Part shown: positions 15,350 to 23,097 of the stretch, piece after piece
Position numbering within the stretch: position 1 is the stretch's first letter
Layout of the letters: each line of letters opens with the position of its first letter
DNA from: Candidatus Peregrinibacteria bacterium
GTDB taxonomy: Bacteria; Patescibacteriota; Gracilibacteria; Peribacterales; Peribacteraceae
NCBI GenBank assembly: GCA_016215715.1
Contig: JACRIG010000072.1
Coordinates: 1-25,757 of the forward strand
Reading direction: 5' to 3'
DNA length: 25,757 nt
The notes under the pieces: generated by a model
Databases searched by the model: none
What the model saw: the letters and a program-made list of their open reading frames with translations, nothing else
Told to the model about the DNA's origin: nothing
Made by a program: the position numbers and the translations under genes

Positions 15350-17023
15350 ATGCGGCTTTTTTCTGACAGACAGAAACTCCACTCATTCCTGCTGATCGGG
15401 ACCATCGTGCTCCTCGGCGCTTTTCTCTACCTTCCCTCAATCGGGAACCAGTTCGTCAGCTGGGACGATGAAATGCTCATCTATGGCAATCCTTGGTTGC
15501 GCGCGCTAAACATCAGCACCATCACCCACATCTTCACCCACTTCGACCCCGAACTCTACGACCCGCTGACACTGTTTGCGTGGCAGGCGATCGTTGCAGT
15601 CGCAGGATTTCAGCCGGTCGCTTTCCATCTGGCGAGTCTGCTTCTCTTCCTCGGGAGCACGGTCCTTGTTTTCGTCATTACAGAGAGGCTCACGAAGAAC
15701 CGCACCACGGCGGTGATTGTGACGCTTCTGTGGGCCCTGCATCCGCTCAACGCGGCCGCGGTGCTGTGGGCGAGTGCATTCAAAGACGTCCTATCGTCGT
15801 TCTTCTTTCTGAGCTCACTTTTGACTTACCTTTATTTTCGCGGCAGCGGCGCGCGGAGCACGTATGTTTTCAGCATCCTGCTTTTCCTTCCGGGGCTGCT
15901 CTCCAAAGTGTCGGTCGTTTTTCTGCCGCTGATCCTCATTCTGATTGATCTCCTGCAGAAGCGAAGACTCACCCGCGGAGCGATCGTCGAAAAGATTCCC
16001 TACGTTCTGCTGAGCATTCTCTTTCTCATCATCGCATTTTTCGGGAAAGGCCAGACCATCGCGTCGCTCACCGCAGCCGAAACAATGGCGCTGTCGCTGC
16101 GCGCGATTCTCTTCAGCGCACTTCATATTGTCTGGCCATGGCCGCTTGCGATCATCTATCCGGTCACCACGCCGGTCCATCTCGTGAGCCTGCCTACGGC
16201 CCTCTCAGGGCTCGCAGGCGTCGCCTTTCTTCTGATTGCTATCTTGCTACGTAGGCGCGTTCCATGGCTCTCCTTCGGGCTCCTCTGGTTTCTGATCCTC
16301 CTTGTTCCAAGCTTCGCGACTTTCCTGAAGGGCACCGGCGTCACACTCACGTCCGACCAGTATTTGATGCTGCCGATGATCGGGATCCTCCTGCCGCTCG
16401 CGGTGGCACTCACCCGTCTTGCGCAGCGCCGGCGAGCCATTGCAATCGTCTGCATGCTAATCGTTCTTCTTCCTCTCAGTCTCGTCACGGCGTCGCGCGG
16501 GCGGGTGTGGCGAGACAGCATCAGTCTCTACCGTGACACCATCGCGCACTTTCCGGACGTCATCGCGATGCACTACAACCTCGGACTTGCCTATTCCCAC
16601 GTGCGGGATTTTCCGATGGCGCTGAGCGAGTTCGACCGTGTCCTCGCGCTGGACCCCGCGCATGCCGCGGCGCATACGGATAAAGGATACGTGTTCCAGC
16701 TGCAGGGGAAGAAAGAGGATGCGATGAAAGAATTTCGCACTGCGATCGCGCTCGACGCCCGCAGTAGCGAAGCGCATAACAACATCGGTACGCTCTTCTT
16801 TGACGCGTATCAGTACGACAAGGCGATTGCGGAGTTTGAGGCCGCCGTTGCAATCAATCCGCGCTACGTGCAGGCATGGAATAACCTTGCTGCCGCCTAC
16901 GGCAAAGTCGGGAAGCACCGCGAAGGCCTGATGGCGATGCGTTCGGCATTCCTGCTGGATCCCTCGAAGACAGCGCAGGTGAAGCAGATCGATGAAACAC
17001 TCGCGGCGCAGCAACAAAAGTAA
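15350..17023 (+). CDS. TMTC-like GT-C membrane protein with C-terminal TPR repeats (putative protein O-glycosyltransferase)
   Basis: FVSWDD..I..NP acidic loop, HPLN...V.W, LLSK.S.V.LP, VW+DS.+L+..T, several TPRs (HYNLG.A, AH.N+G.L, AWNNLA.AY). Confidence 0.85.
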   Translation: MRLFSDRQKLHSFLLIGTIVLLGAFLYLPSIGNQFVSWDDEMLIYGNPWLRALNISTITHIFTHFDPELYDPLTLFAWQAIVAVAGFQPVAFHLASLLLFLGSTVLVFVITERLTKNRTTAVIVTLLWALHPLNAAAVLWASAFKDVLSSFFFLSSLLTYLYFRGSGARSTYVFSILLFLPGLLSKVSVVFLPLILILIDLLQKRRLTRGAIVEKIPYVLLSILFLIIAFFGKGQTIASLTAAETMALSLRAILFSALHIVWPWPLAIIYPVTTPVHLVSLPTALSGLAGVAFLLIAILLRRRVPWLSFGLLWFLILLVPSFATFLKGTGVTLTSDQYLMLPMIGILLPLAVALTRLAQRRRAIAIVCMLIVLLPLSLVTASRGRVWRDSISLYRDTIAHFPDVIAMHYNLGLAYSHVRDFPMALSEFDRVLALDPAHAAAHTDKGYVFQLQGKKEDAMKEFRTAIALDARSSEAHNNIGTLFFDAYQYDKAIAEFEAAVAINPRYVQAWNNLAAAYGKVGKHREGLMAMRSAFLLDPSKTAQVKQIDETLAAQQQK

Positions 17024-17101
17024 TACTGCACACACCTGCGAGCTCCAAAACCGATGAAGAGCACCCAGTGTGAAAACCGGGTGCTCAGGGGCAGGAATAA
17101 T

Positions 17102-17557
17102 TCAGGGGCGTTCATTGGCGACGCCCTCCAGATCGAATCTGATCCAACGGGTGTTTCCCTCAGGATCTTCGACCTTCAGATGGAACATCTGGTCGAAGTT
17201 TCCCGCGCCTTGCGTTTCACACTCAACGACAATGTGTACGCTTTCGCCGGGTCGCAGAGTGATCGGCAAATCTCTCGCACGGAGAGTGTGGACATTCCAC
17301 TCTCAGCACGCTTTACCGAAGCTCACGATCCGTGCCGGTCGCCGCACATCCGTGTTGCGCGCGACGATCACGAATGTGAATTTTTCTTCTGCAGGGACGT
17401 CTTTGAGTTCGATTTTTACGCGATCGAATTCAATCGTTCCTGCCTCCACGGGTTCACATTCATTCGTGGAGTCGGGGAAGAAGAAAAATAGTCCCACGAA
17501 GACAACGGAAGGCGCAAACAGAATCAGGGACGCGAGCATTTTTGGCCAGTGACGCAT
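17102..17557 (-). pseudogene. Membrane-anchored Ig-like (DUF1573-like) gene with a single in-frame TGA at 17305-17303
   Basis: The 84-aa ORF continues in frame for 66 protein-like residues (EWNVHTLRARDLPITLRPGESVHIVVEC...FDLEGVANERP) to TGA 17104-17102; SD AAAGGAG 5 nt before ATG 17557. Confidence 0.65.
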
Positions 17558-17806
17558 GATGGCTCCTTTGTATGATTCGACAATAAATTCGTCCGGAAGG
17601 TTTCCTCATTCCTGCCGGTGCTGCAAAGGTGCAGTGGGTTCACTATCTGCCTGCACGGGTGGTTTGTCCAAAGCATATGGAGCGATCTGCGTACCCGTTC
17701 TGACCGGGTATAGAACCTATTTTATGCCTTTCCGAAGAGCAAAAGTCGCATAGGCCCAAAGAATTTGGAACACATGCACTCTGTGTGTAGTATCGTGGGT
17801 CCATAT

Positions 17807-18082
17807 ATGAAAAAGAATCCGACATCAAAGGCCAGAGGAATTACACTTCGCGATGTAATTGCGCACATTCAGGCGATGCGAAATGATCTGTCCGGAAGAA
17901 TGGATCGACTTGAAATAAGAATGGACCGTCTGGAAGTACAAATGGTGTCTCTGACGAAAGAGGTCAGAATGACCCAAATGCAGGCCGGCAATCTTGACGG
18001 GAGATTGGATGACATCGAAATCAATCATCTTCCGAAAATCGAGAGGAAAGTATTTGGCCGGCTGATTGCGGGGAGGAAATGA
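17807..18082 (+). CDS. Small coiled-coil hypothetical protein
   Basis: Heptads RMDRLEI-RMDRLEV, encoded by a degenerate 21-nt tandem repeat; ATG 17807 preferred over TTG 17765. Confidence 0.7.
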   Translation: MKKNPTSKARGITLRDVIAHIQAMRNDLSGRMDRLEIRMDRLEVQMVSLTKEVRMTQMQAGNLDGRLDDIEINHLPKIERKVFGRLIAGRK

Positions 18083-18210
18083 TAGGTGCACTCTGAATGC
18101 GGGAATCATCTGAAATATGCAGCATTCACAATATGCAGTGAATACGCACATTTTCGTGCAAATTCACAGTACATGGACCGTATTCTTTATCTGCTGTAGA
18201 TTGCTTCGCC

Positions 18211-18915
18211 ATGCATCACTCCGACGCCCAAAAAAGGCATGAAACATTGATCCATTCTGATTACTCGGTACAGCCTGACGCCGTGAGATTTTTTGATCTT
18301 GGCATTTACGAAGTTCTGGAACAATTTTCATTGCAACTGAAACAGATGAACAATGAGACCGACAACAAGAGAGACCACGTCGCTTTTCGGTGCGACAGTC
18401 TCGGAGATATCTTCACTGTGCACGTTCCGAAATCCATTGAACAATGCACATGTAATAATCTCGGAAAAACAGTGAGGGTCACCGTTCCCCGCTCCGTTCA
18501 GGATTGTGTACACGCCGCTTGTGTTGCTCTTCTGCTCCGCATCGACCGCATGTATACAGAACTCGAAAATACACCTGAAGATGTTCGAAGCGCATGTCGG
18601 GGAAAGAAAGAAGTGTGGGAAGCTTTAAATCGATGTCTGCGTAAACGTCCATCTGGATCAGAGAAGAAAGAGGATCCGAACAAGCCGAATGCAGGGGGTG
18701 TTCTTTATGACGTAACGATGAGTCAAGCAGATGCGTTCGTTGAGGTTCAATGGGACATGCCGGCGACGAAAAACGGGCACATCGAACTACTCGATCCGAA
18801 TGTGGGGAACATCCTTGTACAGGCAGGCCTGAAAAAGGGAGATAGCTTCACGTGCACGCTGCAAACTACACATGGACAATCCACGGGAATCTCGAATGTA
18901 AAACGTGCGAAATAG
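18211..18915 (+). CDS. Hypothetical protein, 234 aa
   Basis: Long ORF in an AT-richer region; candidate promoter TGGACC (18174-18179), 17 nt, TAGATT (18197-18202); no family recognised. Confidence 0.7.
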   Translation: MHHSDAQKRHETLIHSDYSVQPDAVRFFDLGIYEVLEQFSLQLKQMNNETDNKRDHVAFRCDSLGDIFTVHVPKSIEQCTCNNLGKTVRVTVPRSVQDCVHAACVALLLRIDRMYTELENTPEDVRSACRGKKEVWEALNRCLRKRPSGSEKKEDPNKPNAGGVLYDVTMSQADAFVEVQWDMPATKNGHIELLDPNVGNILVQAGLKKGDSFTCTLQTTHGQSTGISNVKRAK

Positions 18916-19096
18916 TTAAGTGTATGTCGTGCTTTTACCAAGGAACATAAAGGATCACTGAACGCACCACGGGGACAGGAAAATTGCTGCTCTCACCACA
19001 TAAATGTATTTTCTTTTGGTAGTGCGCTGATTATCTGTACACTGGGCCAAGTATTCGGTTCTGGGTACAGTAAGAACGGGTACAGCATGTGTAAAT

Positions 19097-19171
19097 GCCG
19101 CCTTAGCTCAGTGGTAGAGCATCGGTATCGTAAACCGAGGGTCCGGGGTTCAAATCCCCGAGGCGGCTCCA
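19097..19171 (+). tRNA. tRNA-Thr (CGT), CCA encoded
   Basis: Acceptor GCCGCCT/AGGCGGC, D stem GCTC/GAGC, anticodon stem TCGGT/ACCGA with loop ATCGTAA, T arm CGGGG-TTCAAAT-CCCCG. Confidence 0.96.
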
Positions 19172-19244
19172 CGTAAAATCGCTCGCAGCGAAGCGAGAAG
19201 CTATTTTACGTGCCCCGTGGCGAGCGTAGCGAGTTTTACGGGGC
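19170..19244. repeat. Paired hairpin element directly 3' of the tRNA
   Basis: CACGTAAAAT (19170-19179)/ATTTTACGTG (19203-19212) enclosing CTCGC/GCGAG; GCCCCGT (19212-19218)/ACGGGGC (19238-19244); motif AGCG(A/T)AGCGAG occurs twice, each followed by TTTTACG. Confidence 0.55.
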
Positions 19245-19300
19245 TGCTTGCGATCACGTGGCGCGGCCACCGGCATTTTAATTTTTGCTAGACTCTTTTC

Positions 19301-20386
19301 ATGGATCAAAAGACAGCCCTTCTTTGGTGGCAGCTCAATGTGCTGAGCAAGCGCAGGTACGAGGCGATTCTGGAGGTGTATGGATCGCTTGATGAGGCCT
19401 CGAAACACGTTGGGGAAGAATTTCTGCGCGGGCTCGGTGTACGGGATGATGCTGTCCGCGCGGCACTCATCCGGCTGGAAACATTCGATGCGGATACAAT
19501 GGCGAAGAAACTGATTGAGAAAGAAGTCACGCTTCTCTCCATCGACGACGAAGCGTTTCCGGCGATTCTCCGTCAGATGGGGGATCCGCCGATATTCCTG
19601 TCGTACCTGGGAGATTTGTCCTGTCTCACACAGCCATTGATTGCGGTTGTCGGGACGCGCGGGATGACTGCGTACGGGAGACGTGTGGTCGGGGAATTCG
19701 TCCCGCGCTTTGTGCAGGCGGGGTGCGTGACCGTGAGCGGGCTGGCGCAGGGGATTGATACGGTGGTTGCGCAGGAAACACTCCGTGCCGGCGGCCGGAC
19801 GGTGGCGGTGCTGGGGCACGGGCTCGGGAATATTTTCCCGACGAACAACGTGAAACTCGCAGACGAGATTCTTGAGAAAGGCGGACTGCTCCTCAGCGAA
19901 TTCCCCATCGACATGTCCCCGGATTTCTACACGTTCCCCTCACGCAACAGGCTCATCGCGGGCTTGGGGCTCGGCACATTGGTCATCGAGGCGCCCGCGA
20001 AAAGCGGGGCGCTGATCACCGCCGAACTGGCACTGGACTACGACCGCGACGTCTTTGCCGTGCCCGGTCCGCTGTTTGATCCGAATGCGGTAGGGGTCAA
20101 TGACCTGATTGCCCGCGGACTTGCACGATTGGTGACGGCTCCCGACGACGTTCTGCGGGAGATCGGGATTGTCGCACCTGACGGAGCTCAGGCGACCTCC
20201 TCCTACACCCCCGAAACGGAGGACGAAAAGAAGGTCTGGAAGGCGCTGACGACGATGCCCCAGCCGGTGGATGATCTGGTCGTGGCCTCGGGGCTTCCTG
20301 CTCCGGCCGTGGCGGCTACGCTGACGATGATGGAGCTAGCCGGAGTGACCAAAAAGGTGGGGGCGGGGAGGTGGGTGCGGGGGTGA
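19301..20386 (+). CDS. dprA: DNA processing protein DprA/Smf
   Basis: IAVVGTR..T.YG, VSGLA.GID, FP.RNR+IAG, EA..KSGALITA..A...+RDVFAVPG; TGc-TAGACT 6 nt upstream. Confidence 0.96.
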   Translation: MDQKTALLWWQLNVLSKRRYEAILEVYGSLDEASKHVGEEFLRGLGVRDDAVRAALIRLETFDADTMAKKLIEKEVTLLSIDDEAFPAILRQMGDPPIFLSYLGDLSCLTQPLIAVVGTRGMTAYGRRVVGEFVPRFVQAGCVTVSGLAQGIDTVVAQETLRAGGRTVAVLGHGLGNIFPTNNVKLADEILEKGGLLLSEFPIDMSPDFYTFPSRNRLIAGLGLGTLVIEAPAKSGALITAELALDYDRDVFAVPGPLFDPNAVGVNDLIARGLARLVTAPDDVLREIGIVAPDGAQATSSYTPETEDEKKVWKALTTMPQPVDDLVVASGLPAPAVAATLTMMELAGVTKKVGAGRWVRG

Positions 20387-20388
20387 AA

Positions 20389-20425
20389 TTACGGGTTACG
20401 GGTTAGCTGGTTACGGGTTATTGGG
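20389..20425 (-). repeat. Heptamer-based array (TTACGGG x2, TTAGCTGG, TTACGGG, TTATTGGG on +)
   Basis: Read directly; begins 2 nt after the dprA stop. Confidence 0.8.
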
Positions 20426-20474
20426 TATTTCTTTGGGCTCAAAGGGAGGAGCCTGGGCTCATAGGGAAAAACCT

Positions 20475-20512
20475 CCTTCTCCCAGTGGGAGAAGGTCGGG
20501 ATGAGGGGAGTG
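20475..20512. repeat. BoxC/REP-like palindrome
   Basis: CCTTCTCCC-AGT-GGGAGAAGG followed by TCGGGATGAGGGG; resembles the widespread CCCTCTCCC..GGGAGAGGG..GGGGTGAGGG repeat type. Confidence 0.5.
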
Positions 20513-20531
20513 GGTGTCAGGGAGAGAGGAT

Positions 20532-21044
20532 TTAAGGAATTTTTATCCTCCACCCCACCCCAACCCCATGATTGTCGGTAAATCCGGCAGCCACTTCCAG
20601 TGCCGACAGGGCCTCTCCCTGAGAGGAATAGGTTGTGCAGGGGTCGGCGGTGCAGGGGGTCATCGTGGCAAAAGACACAAAATTCCCGGTGGTATCGAAG
20701 AAGAGAACATCGAGGGGAATCAGGGTATTTTTCATCCAGAAAGTCAGCTGCCGTGGCTCTGAAAAGGTGAAGAGCATGCCGCTGTCTGGCGCAAGAGCGG
20801 TCCGGTACATCAGCCCCTGCTCCTGCTCCGACGGCGTTGCGGCAATTTCGGCGTGGACGATGAGAGTTTCTCCGGAGGGACTGATCAGGTGAATATCCTG
20901 AACCGGCAGCTGAGCAATGTGCGAAGATGCGGACGAAGATTCCTGAGCCGATGAGGGAACCGATCCCTGAGCGGATTCCTGCGTTGCACTCCGCGCGCAT
21001 CCGGCGAGAAAGAGAATGCCGGCAAAAAGAAGTACGCGTTTCAT
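20532..21044 (-). CDS. DUF192-family lipoprotein
   Basis: Lipobox LAGC; E+A.TP.EQEQGLMYR, GMLF.F, FWMKNT.IPLD+.F. Confidence 0.9.
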   Translation of the reverse strand: MKRVLLFAGILFLAGCARSATQESAQGSVPSSAQESSSASSHIAQLPVQDIHLISPSGETLIVHAEIAATPSEQEQGLMYRTALAPDSGMLFTFSEPRQLTFWMKNTLIPLDVLFFDTTGNFVSFATMTPCTADPCTTYSSQGEALSALEVAAGFTDNHGVGVGWRIKIP

Positions 21045-21682
21045 TGTCCGGCTGCACGAAGATTCTTAATCGCGGCAGCACGATTTGCCGACTGAAAAAT
21101 GTAACTGCCCGATACAAGATTATCCGCACCTGCCTTCACACATTCTTGCGCGGTCACATCATCGATGCCGCCATCCATCTGAATCATCAGCTCGGGGAAT
21201 TTTTTGCGGAGAGCCGTTACCTTTTTCAGAACCGACGGGAGGAAACTCTGTCCGCCGAAGCCGGGCTCAACGGACATGATGAGGACGAGATCCACTTCCT
21301 CCACGATGTCATCGATTGCGATGGGGGAGGTGCCGGGGTTGAGGGCGATGCCAACGTTGGCGCCACCGGCGCGGATGCGTTCCATGAGGTTTTGACGTGC
21401 CGCGGTGTCGGTGACAGCTTCGGCATGAAAGGTGATGTTTTTCGCTCCCAGCTTTAAAAATTCATCAATGCGGTCGGCGGGGTTACTGACCATCAGATGG
21501 ATGTCGAGCGGGAGAGAGGTCCGCAGATTCTTCAGAACCGGCGCGCCGAAGCTGATGTTCTTCACGAAGTGCCCGTCCATGACGTCGACCTGTAGCCAGT
21601 CGGCGGAGCGGACGAAGTCCACTTCTTCCTGCAGGTGCGTGAGATCGGCGGAGAGTATTGACGGGGTTATAAGAAGAGACAT
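21041..21682 (-). CDS. rpe: Ribulose-phosphate 3-epimerase
   Basis: PSILSAD, VDVMDGHFV.N+SFG, DIHLMV, FHAE, +MSV.PGFGGQ.F, DGGI. Confidence 0.97.
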   Translation of the reverse strand: MSLLITPSILSADLTHLQEEVDFVRSADWLQVDVMDGHFVKNISFGAPVLKNLRTSLPLDIHLMVSNPADRIDEFLKLGAKNITFHAEAVTDTAARQNLMERIRAGGANVGIALNPGTSPIAIDDIVEEVDLVLIMSVEPGFGGQSFLPSVLKKVTALRKKFPELMIQMDGGIDDVTAQECVKAGADNLVSGSYIFQSANRAAAIKNLRAAGQ

Positions 21683-21688
21683 ATGGGG

Positions 21689-21766
21689 TTGCTGGTTAGC
21701 TGGTTGCTGGTTATGAGTGAAATGTTACGGGTTACGGGTTATGAGTTACGGGTTAAAAGTTATGCT
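21689..21766 (-). repeat. 11-unit heptamer-phased array spanning most of the rpiB-rpe gap
   Basis: + strand units TTGCTGG, TTAGCTGG, TTGCTGG, TTATGAG, TGAAATG, TTACGGG, TTACGGG, TTATGAG, TTACGGG, TTAAAAG, TTATGCT. Confidence 0.85.
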
Positions 21767-22199
21767 CGAGATCATCGATGCGCTTTTGATGTCGGCCACC
21801 TTCGAATGCTGTCGATAAAAATACGTCGACCATTTTCTTTGCGAGCTCTGGTTCGAGCATCCGGCCGCCGAGACTCAGAACATTTGCGTCGTTGTGCTTT
21901 CGGCAGAGCTTCGCATCTTCGGTCGTGCAGCACCGAGCGGCGCGGATACCTTTTACTTTATTCGCTGCGATCGATTCGCCGATGCCGCTGCCGCCGAAGA
22001 TGATGCCGGGCATTTTTTGCTCCAGCACCGCGGCGCAGGCTTTCCGCATGATGGCGGGATAGTCGACGGGTTCTTCGCTCATCGTTCCGACGTCGAAGAT
22101 GTCTATGCCCTGCGCGATCAGGTGCTCTTTGATGGCTTCTTTCAGAGCAAAACCCGCATGATCAGTGCCGAGGATGACGCGGGGAGGAGCTTTACTCAT
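21753..22199 (-). CDS. rpiB: Ribose-5-phosphate isomerase B
   Basis: G.DHAGF.LK, DYP, GSGIGESIAANKVKGIRAA, HNDANVL.LG.R, F.GGRH..RI. Confidence 0.97.
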   Translation of the reverse strand: MSKAPPRVILGTDHAGFALKEAIKEHLIAQGIDIFDVGTMSEEPVDYPAIMRKACAAVLEQKMPGIIFGGSGIGESIAANKVKGIRAARCCTTEDAKLCRKHNDANVLSLGGRMLEPELAKKMVDVFLSTAFEGGRHQKRIDDLEHNF

Positions 22200-22262
22200 G
22201 GCAGCATTCTAGCGGAGAGTATGCGTGCTGCCACCGTGGTACACTTTCCGCGACTCGCTCCC

Positions 22263-22970
22263 ATGCCCCGCACCAGACTCATCGCAGCAAACTGGAAAAT
22301 GAACCCGCCGCCGGCGGGATGGAATGAGGCCGATTCTCCGTACCGGCCGCGAACGGGTCTTGATGTGGTTGTCTTTCCGTCATTCGTTGATCTCGATACG
22401 TGCATGAAGGCGGGACTGACTGCGGGTGCGCAGTGCGGACGCAGCGAAGAAAAGGGGGCGTTCACGGGGGATGTGAGCATGCGGATGCTCAAAGGGCCCG
22501 GCTGCCGGTACGTGCTCTGCGGACACAGCGAGCGGAGGAAATTTCATCGTGAAACGGATGGTGATGTCGCAGCACAGGCGGCTGCGGCGTTTGCCCTCGG
22601 TATCACGCCCGTCCTGTGCATCGGCGAGAGTGCGGAGGAACGTGAGAGCGGAAACGCTCAGAAAAAAGTACGGGAGCAGCTTCAGAATATTTCATTCCCG
22701 GTGGTGATCGCGTACGAACCTGTATGGGCGATCGGGACGGGAAAATCTGCTGATCCCAAAAATGCTCAGGAAATGCATGCGTTCATCCGCTCACTTCTTG
22801 CCTCAGCGGAAGGTAAGCGGACGCGGATTCTCTATGGCGGATCCGTGAACGAAAAAAACGCGGCGGGGTTTCTGGCAGAGCCCGATATTGACGGGTTTCT
22901 GGTCGGTGGCGCATCGCTCGATCCGGCTGCATTCCGGGCCATTGTAGAGGCAGCCGCTCAAAGGCCGTAA
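22263..22970 (+). CDS. tpiA: Triosephosphate isomerase
   Basis: AANWKMN, GAFTGDVS, GHSERR, AYEPVWAIGTG, LYGGSV, LVGGASL; true start ATG 22263 inside the 21894 ORF. Confidence 0.97.
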   Translation: MPRTRLIAANWKMNPPPAGWNEADSPYRPRTGLDVVVFPSFVDLDTCMKAGLTAGAQCGRSEEKGAFTGDVSMRMLKGPGCRYVLCGHSERRKFHRETDGDVAAQAAAAFALGITPVLCIGESAEERESGNAQKKVREQLQNISFPVVIAYEPVWAIGTGKSADPKNAQEMHAFIRSLLASAEGKRTRILYGGSVNEKNAAGFLAEPDIDGFLVGGASLDPAAFRAIVEAAAQRP

Positions 22971-23097
22971 AAAGGCTTTTTGAGGCTGGAGTCTGACAGG
23001 AAAAGAGAGTGATCAGGGTTGTCATCCGAAGCCTTTTTTGCTACAATAAAGGGATTTCTCTTCAAAGGAGCCTGAGGCTCCACCCACAAAAATACAC

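Noticed and set aside
16897-17115. 72-aa - strand ORF whose ATG overlaps the end of the read-through Ig-like ORF; could be the stub of a truncated downstream membrane gene
   Set aside because: Only about 24 plausible residues before it runs antisense into the TMTC-like gene; cannot be supported without a homology search
17303-17305. UGA=Gly recoding (genetic code 25)
   Set aside because: TGA terminates map, infA, rpoA, rplQ, rplM and dprA at expected positions
17558-17806. Several small hairpins in the divergent intergenic region (e.g. TACCCG/CGGGTA 17692-17710)
   Set aside because: Stems are only 5-6 bp with no coherent fold or known motif
20389-21129. 246-aa - strand ORF ending in repeat-derived peptides (PLIPTFSHWEKE, PITRNQLTRNP)
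   Set aside because: Alternative frame over DUF192; the tail is just translation of the REP-like and heptamer repeats
21894-22262. Apparent 123-aa N-terminal extension of TpiA
   Set aside because: Antisense to rpiB; TPI homology and a promoter motif point to ATG 22263
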